Source of the DNA: Bugula neritina
Lineage: Eukaryota; Animalia; Bryozoa
Reading direction: 5' to 3'
Length of the DNA stretch: 64,000 bases
NCBI GenBank assembly: GCA_964035545.1
Contig: OZ037766.1
Span: 9,476,722-9,540,721, forward strand
A program made the translations under genes and the position numbers. Positions 50,839-64,000 of this stretch are shown piece by piece. How positions within the stretch are numbered: the first letter of the stretch is position 1; the number at the start of each line of letters is the position of its first letter. The notes under the pieces were generated by a model, which worked only from the letters and a program-made list of their open reading frames with translations, was not told the DNA's origin and did not search any database.

Positions 50839-53800
50839 TTAGCAATAATCACAAAACTTTGCACACTGTTGTTTCATATAAGGCATGTATATTCCTGTAC
50901 ACTGACTCTTATAGAAATCATTGCAGTCAGGTCTCACATCAACACAATCTGCAAGTAGAAGTCAATGGCTATCATGATAAAACAAAGATAATTGGTAAAT
51001 CTAGAGATACCTAGTATACAGAGCAGCAATAGTAAGCTCTCAAGTGTTATTGCCCTAGTCTTAAAGGGATGTTTTATATAAATTATAACACTAATGTTTA
51101 CCTTTTGCATATGCATCTATTAGCACGAGCATCACAATCAAAACAAGGTATATCTCTTTCTTAGATCACTTGTTAGTAATTTCATAATTAATAATCTATA
51201 TCACTATACTATACAATTTATTTAACTTCAATAATTATAAAAATTAAGCATATTATTTAACATACCACTATATAATTATATAAATATCACATTATATTAA
51301 ACTCCTTGCTCTGTGATGATAAATATATAGCTATTTAAATTGACATTTTCAACACTAATTTATGGGCAGAAAGTGATAGCCGACTAAAAATAAAATAATA
51401 TTTGCATCATGTTTTCACTCTACATAATCACTGAAGCTCCACACAGCACAAGTAACCAGTGCTCAAACAACTCTCAATTTTTTAATGGTATTTCAAATAA
51501 AGAAAAAATATATTTAGTTTGATAAAACTCTATCTAAATATTTGCCACATCATTGCTGTCTACCATTTTGACAGTAAAAGAAATGTTAGACACTATGAAA
51601 ACATAGATTAAGTATTTATGAGTTACACACATACCTGAGCAATGTCCACAGTATCTGGCACAGTTTATCTTGGTCCAAGCTAAATAGTTGGCACACACCG
51701 ACTTTGGATACTCGGCACAGTTGTCTATTTTATCTTCACACTTTACAATTCTTCCTGCATTTCAAAACCAGAAAGTAGACTAATGCATAAAGAAACCAAC
51801 AACCCTATTTAATTCTCATGTATCACAACTTAAGCATGCAATTGCTCTCCTCACATAAAAAGCTCTTTCTCAAAATACCAATAATTGAAAAATATTAGAC
51901 ACAAAAACCATTTGTATTTATGTAGATGTCACTTAAACATAATATTTATAAAAGCAACGGAAACTTTATTAAAATAACCAGCAATACAAACCATAGGCAG
52001 TTGTGGGTTTAGTTGTTGGTTGTGTAGTTGTAGTTGGAGTAGTTGTAGTACTAGTGGTGGTAGTAGTAGTGGTCTTAGTTGTTGGAGGTTTAGGGGTGGT
52101 CAATGGCTCTTGCCCTAAATAAATGATTAGTTTAATCAATGAATGAAAATATGTCTTTTTTAAGTATGTCTTAAATGAGCTCTTCCAATCAAATTCTCAT
52201 TTTAAAGCCACAATCTATGCTAGATATGACATATATACTACGTGTGCATACAACGCCACTTTTTTGGTTTATTAAACGTACCTGGACAGAGGGCACAGTG
52301 GTAAGGGCAATTAGCAGACATGTATGTCCTGTAGTTGGTGCAAGCAGAGTGAGGGAAACTACTGCAATCCATTCGGTCTGCGCATTCATTCGACGTAGTG
52401 GTAGGTGTAGTAGTTGGAGCTTTTGTCGTTTTCTCTTCTAGCAAATAATTGTACATAAAAATGTATGCAAAACTTCCACAAAATGCAGGTATCAGCGATC
52501 CAGGTTAATTTTTTATAATAGAACATTATATAAATTGGAAGTTCAAAAATTACAGTAACGAAAACTGCTTCTTTTTATAGCAGTAAATTTTGCAAGATAA
52601 ATAGTTAATCTAATGCGAGTAGAAGGAAATACTAACCATTGGAACAGAATCCACAGAACTTTTGGCATCTGACAGAAGCCCAGGGCTTGTGAGTAACACA
52701 GACAGACTTCCCATAGTGTATGCAATCAGAAATAGTGTCCTCGCATTTTGGACCTTGAATTAATAGAATAAATTTATTTCTTATAAATGCTAAGAAATAG
52801 CCAACTTGCGATACTAGCTTGTTTGATGACAAATAAAACATGGCAAACCACTTTATAAGTATTTAAAACTACCAGTACTCGCTGCCTTTGTATGATTAGA
52901 TGCAATATAACTTAAGAGAAAATTGTGCTGACTAGCTTACAGACAATAACAATGCATGCACAGTTTATGCCTTAAAAGAATCTTACCTTCAGTGGTGGTG
53001 GGTTTTGGTAAAGCCTTGCAGTTTCCAAGACCACAAAATTTAGCACAGTTTTCAGTTGCCCAGACTACGTAATTTTTACAAACTCCTTCCTCATACTGAT
53101 CACAGTTTTTAACTTTATCTTCACAAGCTGCAATCAAAACATACATAATAATACTTTCTATTAATAGAAAAGGATTATAATAAATATATAAAAAGATATG
53201 GAAATACAGCTTGTATTTCAAAATAATAGTCTGCTATGTTTCGCAACATATTACAGCTCCTCCTTTTATACAGATAATGTTTGTTGTTGACATGCAGACC
53301 ATAACTGTGTACTTACTATTCTTGCAGATACCACAGGTCAGTCTGCAGTTTTCTGCAGCCCACTCCGGAAGTTCCGTGCATGCAAAATCTCCATAGAGAT
53401 GACAATTCTCAAGATTATCTTGACATTGCCCATTATTTGTAACTTGAGCCCCTGAAAATATGGATCGATCACAATAAAACTTATTGCAATAGATACAACA
53501 TGTTGTAAATTTCTAGATACTTGATGCCTGATGTAAAACATTTTTTCGTTTTGTTTGCTATTTTCATTTGCAAAAAAATAAATGCAGCACTTTTTACTTA
53601 TCATGGCCAAAATATCTGAAATCATTTAAAACAAGTTTCCTTGACAAATAAAATAGCACATTTCTAACTTACTGTTGCTTTGACATCCATACAACTTCTG
53701 AATCATTCTAATATCAATGTGACTGAGGTGATCTCTTTGCCCCAATACTACACTACTTGGGAGTTGCTGCTTCGCAGTGATAGTTGGTGAAACAAAATCT

Positions 53801-55758
53801 TTAGAGAAACTAGTGGATTGGTAGTGCATGATGCTGTCATAGTCATATGGCTGATCTAAGTGATCAACTGTAGTACCAAGGGCATACCTATCAAAGTTAC
53901 TTTCAGCTCCTAAATGAAAACAAAACGTAACGAATGTCTATAAAAGTTTACAGGTTTCAATTTGTGATAGAGTTTTTTATGCAATATTTTATCTAAAATA
54001 TCCTTTCATTTCATAATAGTAAACTGTCAAAATATTAGTTTAAAATATTTTATTTTTAATTTCTATACAAAATATTTATTAGATTCAGGGTGCTTAGAAA
54101 AAATTCTAACTGCTTGACTTTCATTCTTAGCTGAACATAAAGTATGTTAAAATTATGTTTCGAATGTTGTTTTGGTTGCTGTATATCAAGTGCTAGCCTG
54201 GTAACTAGTCCAGTATTTGAATTTAAGCAAATTTAAAGTTGTTTTAAATTGGTAGATCTAAAGCAACAATGGTGTTTTGGTTTACTGATTCATTTTTACT
54301 ATAAGAAATAAATGCACTGTACTCTTATAAATGTAGAAGAATTATTAAAACCCCCAACACACCTTGTTTGATGTTCTCGCGATGTATATCAACATAGAAG
54401 TCTCTATCAGCTCTACTTTGCTCATGGTAGAAGCCAAGTGTGTGCAGAAGTTCATGCATCACTGTGCCATGGGTATAGCAATTCCTTCCAAGAGATACAG
54501 TCTGTCTACCATTTCCAACCCTTCCTAAGTCTGACCAGCATCTGGAGAAGAAGAATTAGAAGGTAATTAATGTCTATGATAACAAGTAAAAAAATTGAAG
54601 GTAAATTTTTTTCAAAACTGGCAATATTAAACTTCCATAGCTGCAATCTCAGATTGTAAAGTTTTTTGCATTGCATACATCAAAACATTACTTTACGAGT
54701 TAAAGCCCTATCTTGCAACAGCAAAATGATGCTCACATAATAACAAAAACAAAATATTACAAAGCAAAAAATTGTTATATACATGTGTGCAAAAACAAAG
54801 TTGACATGAAAAAAATTGTACAAACATAGCTTCATAATTCGTCATTTTACTTATAATGTGTAAAACCAGAAAAAATTATTCCAATTATGAATGAGAATGT
54901 TTTCACCATCATTTAGAAAAAGCAGAACAAAAATGAATGTAGATGCACTCACTGTCTTTTCATTGAAAGTTGTACATAGTTGGCTTGTGTTTTCCGAGGA
55001 ACAAATTGAACACACTTTTCACCATTCACAGAGGTGGCATCCTCAATCAGGGTCATTGCTTCTCTGAATAAGGTTTTCAGAGTAGAATCTATTGAAATAC
55101 ATTAATAACTTGAGTCAAAACATTATAAAAAACATTACTTATAGAAAAACAACAATTTATATGTAAAATGTTGTCAAAATGGGAAAACTGTGAATATTGC
55201 TGATAACAAATATTGTTCTACTCACTAAAGGCGTTGCTGATAGTGTAGTGTACAATTCCTGAAGGCCATAGTAGCCCAATTTTTGCAACAGCTTTTCTTT
55301 TCTACAATTGCAGCGTGCAGAATATGCAAGTTATAAAAATCTATTCAGACGATTCTATGAAATATTTACAGAAAAGATAAAAGTTTTGGTACATACCTTA
55401 GGCTGGAAATCTGCAGGCACTCTGATATCTCCTTCCAAAAGTCTGTAACCTTTTGTTGGAACTCTCAACTTCTTCACAGGTTTAGGTGAAAGTGTGGGAT
55501 AACGGTTTGGCTGAAAAATTAGATAACCATTTAAATTCTCAGTGTTTTAATAACTCAGATTGTATTAGTCATTGATCATGCTAAAAAAGGTAATGAAACT
55601 AATTAAGTTGACATGAAAGCTAAGTTAATTTCTATCAATAGTTACTATAGATTAATTAATTAATATTTGAGTCTTACCTTTTGAGGCTGGGGGTTGCTTG
55701 AATCACCTAGTGCGTAACACACTAAGATAGCACCAGCTATGATAGAGAGTCCCTTCAT
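50839..55758 (-). CDS. Secreted astacin (M12A) zinc metalloprotease with six ShK domains (~575-580 aa)
   Basis: Exons 55758-55678, 55510-55397, 55301-55226, 55088-54953, 54541-54363, 53909-53673, 53451-53317, 53127-52987, 52753-52637, 52437-52282, 52114-51992, 51754-51635, (51116-51102) and 50948-50839. Signal peptide MKGLSIIAGAILVCYALG, propeptide LEGDI, KRK processing site, HELLHTLGFYHEQSR, Met-turn SIMHY, six 6-Cys ShK modules and a Thr-rich linker. Confidence 0.93.
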
Positions 55759-56428
55759 TTTTCTGAAATGTTTTACCAATCTATTTAAACTTTTAAGGCC
55801 TTCCTAATTTGCAACTGATGGATCATTAAAACTTGACCTCCTTTTAAAGCTTTTGAAGATTTTAAATATAGCCTTGGCTCTGTCAAAACATGTGAGCACG
55901 TCTTATTGGCTCCCAAACTTTAGAATTAGAGAACAACTTAGTGTGATAAGATAGTGGACACTACGGAATAGGTGTAAACATGTCAAGCTAAATATAACAC
56001 AGTTTATAATAATGTTGTCAGGAACCTCGAAACAAACTTTTTACCTCTTTAAAAACGTCATACAAATTATTATTAACATTCAGTTAATCTCTTATCACAT
56101 TTAGTGTGTGCTTAACTTTTCCAATTAGCATGTGAATCAACGTTATTTTATATAACTTTTTCAATATTAGTTTTGAGTTTAGAATATCAAGCAGCATAAC
56201 ATATCCGGCATATTTCAATACATGAAATGTCAGGCTTGGTTCTATTATAACTTTTCTGAAGTACTTAATTAATTCAAATAGTTGTAATTGAAGCAGAAAG
56301 ATATAGAAACTATTTTGCACTATCATAACATAATACTAACCAAATAAGTAAAAACTAATAATACTAAATGGCTATCAGTTCTAGCTTATTAAATTTTGTT
56401 CCTATCAAAAGCTAATATGTTATATCAA

Positions 56429-56538
<110 letters not shown>

Positions 56539-57054
56539 AGATGAGAAGTTTTTGAGAACAAAGGGTATAGTTTTTAAATATCTTAAATATTTGTATTACA
56601 CACCAACTGGCTATTCATCTAAGGTAAATACATTAAGTGCACCAATTGCTAAGCAAAGATGGATTTATAACTTATTCTATTACACTTAAAAATTATGCAA
56701 GTAGTCATTTATATTTAGTTCAAGGTTCAGAGTTTGAGTTCAGATGCAATTATTTTGAATGTGTGAAAAATACTTTCATCAGATAAAATCAATAAGTGAG
56801 TTGAGATATTATGATTCACATAGATAATGAAGAAGCAGGCTTTGATGCTTAACATGAAAATTGAGTTTCAAGAGTTGAAAAAACAAAATTTATTTTTACA
56901 AACTAAAAAGCTTTATATATAATTATTGATAGTTTATTATTGATTTCTAAATTGCACGTGAAATTCAAAGATTACCAAGTGAAGTTTACATTTTTAGCCA
57001 CACAAGAAGCATAATTTATAAATAGATTGAGCATTGTAGTGATGAGTTTACCCA

Positions 57055-57121
57055 GTGGCCCCTGTGGTGTTAGCGCGCCTGCTTGCAAGCCAGAGGTCTG
57101 TGTTTTGAATTCCGGTGGGGG
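57055..57121 (+). mobile_element. tRNA-derived SINE head (family A)
   Basis: GTGGCC...GGTGTTAGCGCGCCTGCTTGCAAGCCAGAGGTCTGTG...GAATTCCGGTGGGG, similar to the reverse complement of 14839-14901. Confidence 0.55.
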
Positions 57122-59222
57122 CAAAGTTTTTTCAAGCATTGATTTCACTATCTATTATAAGGAGTTGTGAAGAAAATGAACTGTTCATGATATTACCTTA
57201 AGGCTTAAATGTTACTCCCCATGCCTTGGGCATTGCATAAATACCCAAAAATGTTTTAGTAAAAACGCAGACTAAAGTATAGAGAAACAGTATGGCTGCA
57301 AAGCAGGGTTACTTGAAAATGACATCAACAAATCATATTACCCTTGTATAAACCTCTGCCTTACACAAACCTCCAACTTGAAAGCTATAGTATTAACCAT
57401 TACACTATGGGGGCTACTGGGAAGTCCCAACACCACAATTTACCCACCACCACATCACAACCCTCAAACTCTAAAACTCCTTCAAAATATAGATGTTATC
57501 GGTCTTTTACTGTTGCCAACTCATTATCACTAGTAAAAAGAATAATTCAAATTTATTTCATTTAAAGTACTAAGAAACCAAATTATTTTAAGTACAATGT
57601 TATTAAAAGAAAAAAGCAAACTCAATGTATTTGAGACATGTAGCACCTAGTTTCTACCTCCTAAGTTTACTTCCAGGTTTTTGCAAAGGCTTGATAATAC
57701 AAATTGTTTTTTTAAATATAAACTAAACTCACAACATAATATTGTAACACTAGTACAATTGTAAATGTTTTATTAGGCATGTTTTAAAAAATATCAACTA
57801 GAAATAGATTTTGATTAACATTTATATATGACTAACTACAAAAATGAAATACTTCACTTTGAATTTATAGCTTTTTCTTTTAACTCCCTAAAAAATTGCA
57901 ATTGTTTTAATTTTCGTGCTCAAAATGGACTTGAGAAGTGGCAACTTGTATATTAATGTAAGTGTGAAAATTTACACATTTTTATTTATTTTCTGCTAGG
58001 TTTTCATGGCTGAAAATTCAAAGTTTAAAATGCAAATTGAAGTCAATCTTTACAAATTTACATTGCTATAATTCCCATGACTCTATTAATACATTAGTGT
58101 TGGGTGGGCAGTTGTCCACTAGGATTAGTAGGAATCAGCTATCTCCTTTGTATTAGCCTGGGAATTGAGTGGCCAAACTAAATAAATTTGCAAACGAACA
58201 CGTAATTAAAAAGAAAGTTTATACCAATCTTGCACCTCTAATCTCTACAGGGTAAATCTGACATCATTCAACTCCAATTAGCAACATAAAATCTATTTAT
58301 AATTTGCCTGTTTTAAAGTGTCAATTACTTCTTGATCAAACACCATTAAAACAAAGCTAAGGAGGGACTGCAAGCTAATAATAGATAATGTGACACATAC
58401 ATACTCATCAATACACCCACTATGTAAAGATGGTTAGATAATACGAACAGATGGGGTATGGTGATATATGCTGATACTAAGGAATAGCCCAACACTGTTT
58501 AGATACTCCCTAAAACCATCCACGAAGCAAAGATAGGCTCAACAAATGATTATTTTAGCTCAAAAATAGCAGAAAAATGCAAGAATATATTATCATTATA
58601 TTAACTGAACTTTTTATTTCTTGAGAAAATTTTTCGCAATCAAAACAACTAAAACCAAAATTTTGTTCCAAACATAAGTCGAATAGAATAAAACACAAAC
58701 ATAGATATAGACATTAAACTTCACACAGAAATAATTTTACAGTACATTGCTGAGTATATAATACCATGCATGTGGCCCATGATTGCAGAAGGCATAATGC
58801 CACATAATCGAAGATTTTCAACACCGAGTATTCCAATACAGCCTTTATTATTTATAGTAAATGCTGTATTGGCAGTTGGGGGATATATGCAGAGGTAAAT
58901 ACCCTTGTGACTTGAACCATATTTATATAATATCACAATAAAATGAATAAGTGACTTTCAATGACATTAGCTTAGGTATGACTTAATAACAAACTGAATA
59001 TTTTACCATTTGATACAAAATAAGTGCATACCAAACAAATATGCACAAAAATGAGCGATTACAATCTCACTGAACTTGTGAATGCATGTAATAATTACCA
59101 TGATAGAATTTGTAAGTTACCAGATAAGTTGTATCTACAAGTTTGAAGTCCTAAAATTTATATATAATAAAAGAGATCTGTCTTGCAAAAGCAATGCTGT
59201 GACTTTAGATGGTAAGTAGCTA

Positions 59223-62200
59223 TTAACTGATGGGTTTTCTGAATTGAATATTTCCATCAGTTATATACTTGTCCAAACAGGCATGGTGACCAGGTGTTGA
59301 GCAGGAAGAGAAAGGAGATATGTGCGTAGAGTCAATACTCTGCTGCTGCTGCCGCTGCCGCTGCTGCATATGTTCAAGGAACCCAGCTCCATACCTGAAA
59401 ATACATCACTAGTGTTGATAAGTCATATAAAACCTTTTCTTTTTTACTTACTAATGCAATAAAATTGGATATTCTTTTATTAGGCTATAAGGTTATAACA
59501 AGTTATACGAAAGTAATATCACTTGCACTGGGCTACCAGCCTTGTTATACACATCTACCTAAAAGCCTACTGTTTTGCCTCTCTACTCTATTTTATAAGC
59601 ATTACAAAATGTACAGTTGTCCCAGTTGTTTACTTTGCCATTAATTTTATTTTAAATTAATAAAGGAATAATACGAGATTATAGCAATTTTTAATTCCCA
59701 AGCTCACCATAGAATGTACGGCAACAAATTTACAAACTTGTAATATTTTCAAGATTACTAGAAACAAATAAGTTGATACACACTAACCTCTGTTTTAATG
59801 ACAAAACTGGATTGGAAGGAGTTGGAGAAAGAAGATCACCAAAAAGAAGGCTGGTATGTCTCATTCCACCAGGAGAATCTCTTTCTATACTAGAAACTGA
59901 GTGTACTTTGACTGAGGCATGCTCTGACGAGATAACAAAGGCTTTGTCGGAGTTGTCCGTTACCTGCAGGGACAAACAGTCTAAACAAACGCAAGGCACA
60001 TCGCATGACCAACATAAACAACACAAGTTTAATTTAAGCATAGAAATTTAAAAATCAAGTAAAAAAAGAGAGAAAATACTTTTTAGTTTTGTGTTACCAA
60101 TTTTATGGTTGAAAACAAAGCATACATACACAACACGCAGAGTAAGAGTTAAAAACTTACCACCTTGTAGCCATTTTTCTCAAGCATTGGCACAACAATT
60201 TTTGAAAATGAAGTAAAATTTTCCCTGTGTAATGACACTGTAATAGTAGTTTCCCAAGGAGACAGGCCACCAAACTTCAAGGCCCCTGACAAAGCAGAGC
60301 CCTCTAAACCACACAGCAGGTTAGAAACCTAAAAAATTAAGAAGAAATGTTGTGGTGAGAAATGAAAAGCATATACTCTAATAGCAACTGAAGGGATGGA
60401 AAATTTCAGCATTGAAAAAAGTTGAAATTCAAACCAAATAAACTGAGAATTTGCGAAACACAGATAATTTTGAAAAAGTAAATGTAAAGTTGCCTGTCGA
60501 TATAACTTCATAAAGTTACCATCACACTATTCAATTATTTTACTTCACTATACATGGCTATCGTATTAAGGAAACAACATGTATATTACTACATATAACA
60601 TATTATTACTACATATAACATATTATTACTACATATAACATATTATTACTACATATAACATATTATTACTACATATAACATATTATTACTACATATAACA
60701 TATTATTACTACATATAACATATTATTACTACATATAACATATTATTACTACATATAACATATTATTACTACATATAACATACTATTACTACATATAACA
60801 TATTATTACAACATATAACACATTATTACTACATATAACATATTATTACTACATATAACATATTATTACTACATATAACATATTATTACTACATATAACA
60901 TATTATTACTACATATAACATATTATTACTACATATAACATATTATTACTACATATAACATATTATTACTACATATAACCTATTATTACTACATATAACC
61001 TATTATTACAACATATAACATATTATTACAACATATAACACATTATTACTACATATAACATATTATTATCACATATAACGTACTATTACCACATATAACA
61101 TATTATTACTACATATAACATACTATTACTACATATAACATATTATTACTACATATAACATATTATTACTACATATAACATACTATTACCACATATAACA
61201 TAATATTATTACTACATATAACATATTATTACTACATATAACATATCATTACTACATATAACATATCATTACTACATATAACATATTATTACTACATATA
61301 ACATATTATTATTACATATAATATATTATTACTACATATAACATATCATTACTACATATAACATATTATTACCACATATAACATATTATTACTACATATA
61401 ACATTTTATTACCACATATAACATATTATTACCACATATAACATTTTATTACCACACAGTTTTGTATCGCTGACTTGCTAATCTCCATAACAGATTCTCG
61501 GCAGCAATTAGAAGTAGCCAATCCTGAACCTTCAGACATCTGACAGCTTGTACCGGCTTCTTGACAACTGAAGGTCATCTTTGGGCCATTGGTTGGATTA
61601 ATCTCTTCAACCTAATAAATATCAGAGAAATCAAAACGAGTAAGACAAAGATGCTATATATAATATCATATTTTAGTTCAGCCTTGACATGTTTTGAAAC
61701 ATTTGCTGCCTAGCCCTGCTGCCTACCTTCATGCATTATTCTGATGCTAATACATAATTGTGAGTCAAATATGCATGCATATACTAGTAATGATTTATCA
61801 TCCATATTACTTACATGTCTTTAGAAAAAAAAACAAGTGCGTATAGGCAACAACCAGTAAATTGGTGAATAACTTGGCTATTCCAAAAAAACCTATACTT
61901 ACAATTATTTACTTTCACTCTAATGACGAATAAAGTTTACTTGAAACACTAGCAAAAAACAACTTATTGTAATTTTGTTTATTTGTTATTTCTATTATTT
62001 CATAGTAAAACCAAGTTAGTTTACTTTAGTTACACCATTGATAATGAAGATGTCACCAAGCCTGTTCATACCTGTAAAAGTCGAGCCAAGCTGCTCCAAT
62101 CTGCCCTTGAAGTATCACTACGACTGCTATCTGTGACAAATGACATAGAATCTGGGCAGGCAACAACCAGCTCTGAATTAAGTTTTATAGCATAAAAGAA

Positions 62201-63693
62201 TGCAGCAAATCCACTTGTTTCCGTCATGTGTTCGTGAAGCTGCGTCTACAATTGTAAATACATCACTGTACGAGTAAGCTTTGATGATGACATACTGTCC
62301 AACTAATTTCAACTACTATCAGAGACTGTTTTTATAAGATACCACAATTCAACAGTGTTTTCATTAGTAAACTATAGCAACTAGGCTGCAATAAAAAATA
62401 AACATATTACTAACACCCGGCAATACATTACTAACACCCTACAATATATTACTAACACCCTGCAATATATAACTAACACCCTGTGACATATTACTAATAC
62501 CCTGCAATATATTACAAAAACCTTGAAATATAAAAAAAATCATTACCCGGTCTGGTATTATAAAGTCCTGTTCTTGTAGAGTACATATTTTACTGCAAAC
62601 CAGACCACTAAAGTATTAATTCAACAACAACATAACCTAGATATTGCTATACTTAGATTTATACTTGGCAAATATTCTTTAGGAGCAGCACCAGCAACTA
62701 ACATTACACAGACACAGGTTACCTTCACTCCCTAATGCATCATCAACTGTCATCTTTTATCTTATGTATGAAACATTGTAATAGTTTTCTATGCTATTAC
62801 AAAGTATATAATTGATACTTTCTCCTAGCTATTTTTTGTTACTGCAATAGAACATATGGTTATACTCTAGATTTTGCATATGAGCAAAGCATGTGTCATT
62901 CCAGTCTTTTGCTCATCGGTTTTTCATTTTTCATAGATAATAGAGTGCAGCAACACAACAGTTTGACCAGCTTGAAATATTCTCTAATTCATGTACTCTT
63001 CAACAGACTATACTAAACCCTTTACCTACCAGCTATTAACTAACAGTGTCTAGTCAACTGAACATAATAAAGTTATTACTTGAATACATTCAATGTATAT
63101 GAAACTTTTTAAGTAACTATATATTGCCAGATCCTATTACTATTACCTTTGTGAAAAGCTCAGTTTTAGTGACAAATGGCCCATGTACGTGGTCACATTT
63201 TAGGCATTCTTCCATAGACCTATGATAGCCATGTCTATATACTAGAGTATAGTCATTCACTATCGTCTGGTCACAACCATTGCTCCACTAAAGCAGCATA
63301 AGAAGCACTTTTAAACACAGATAGCAACATTTCATACTCATGTGAGTAATTGCATTACAATTCCAAGTCAGATAAATGGATTAACATAGCCATGATGTTT
63401 ATGATATAAGTGGGTAAAATGCTTTAAATTTTACTTAAAAGTATCGGTAATTTGACTTAATAAAAAGGCATACAAGGGGCTAAAGTACAACAGAATAATA
63501 GTTTCAACTCACGTGACCACTGCGAAGTGTGCGGAATGCGGCAGCCACAACAACAGCATTGAGGTTATTAATCTCACGGACTAACCTCTCTAGTCTATCA
63601 AACCATGTAAAATGAATAACATTTCTTCCGATGTACACATATTTGGTCTGAACTTTTGAAATTATGTCTCTCCACACATCTGTAGCTGCAGAG
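59223..63693 (-). CDS. FKRP-like / LicD-family nucleotidyltransferase-fold protein, 5'-partial, catalytic Asp residues absent
   Basis: Exons 63693-63513, 63287-63147, 62245-62072, 61611-61453, 60328-60161, 59963-59788 and 59394-59223 join in frame. C..C..CC zinc module (SCQEAGTSC...NCCRES). LEGSALSGALKFGGLSPW corresponds to FKRP [18 protein letters not shown], and PSNPVLSLKQRYGAGFLEH to FKRP PNNYRRFLELKFGPGVIEN. Confidence 0.78.
60584..61456. repeat. 20-bp minisatellite (TATTATTACTACATATAACA)n, ~43 copies, intronic
   Basis: Read directly; very homogeneous, with a few variant units. Confidence 0.97.
62402..62530. repeat. Degenerate ~21-22-bp tandem repeat (ACATTACTAACACCCTGCAAT-like, ~6 copies)
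   Basis: Repeated TTACTAACACCC core. Confidence 0.75.
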
Positions 63694-63766
63694 CTGCAAA
63701 ACCAGTTAAAATAGACAAGTATTGCTATACTAATATTTTTGCATAATAGTATTTTCAACTCCATAA

Positions 63767-63917
63767 AGCGTTTGCCTAGTAAACACATGGGTTTGGGCCC
63801 GACAAAGGCCATTGTTGATGTTAGGAAGAGCAACCAGTCATAATTGCTTTTGTGCCCCATCTAAATAAGTCCTTAACCGATTTAACAAAAAACCCTTCCA
63901 TCAGGGGTTCCTGACAG
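63767..63917 (+). mobile_element. SINE family B copy in an intron of the FKRP-like gene
   Basis: GATGTTAGGAAGAGCAACCAG...ATAATTGCT...CCCTTCCATCAGGGGTTC matches the reverse complement of 48388-48490. Confidence 0.65.
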
Positions 63918-64000
63918 AGATGGTGACTATAAACTTGCTTGAGTGATTGTTTTCAACTCCAACCCCGCAGAAATGGCCAAGTGTGCCCGAATATTTATTA

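Noticed and set aside
60584-61456. CRISPR-like array
   Set aside because: Head-to-tail repeats with no unique spacers, in a eukaryotic intron.

Overview
AT-rich, intron-containing animal (invertebrate-like) genomic DNA; the taxon cannot be determined from sequence alone. I assembled six host gene models by hand from splice sites and reading frame. (1-2) Two tandem + strand SLC25 mitochondrial carrier (UCP/DIC-like) paralogues at 639-3081 and 4219-15977. The second carries a young but defective BEL/Pao LTR retrotransposon (4668-11206) in intron 1 and a pair of abutting MITEs in intron 5. (3) A Shab/Kv2 potassium channel (+, core exons 39659-45662) with several candidate alternative first coding exons upstream. 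(4) A Tctex1-domain dynein light chain (-). (5) A secreted astacin metalloprotease with six ShK domains (-). (6) The 3' part of an FKRP/LicD-like gene (-) that lacks the catalytic aspartates. The most notable unannotated signals are a complete minimal type I hammerhead ribozyme (3778-3851) embedded in a (TA)n tract between the two carrier genes, the FKRP-like pseudoenzyme, the in-frame integrase deletion in an element whose LTRs look identical, and a 20-bp minisatellite that appears to have grown out of a splice donor. All alignments and folds were done by eye.
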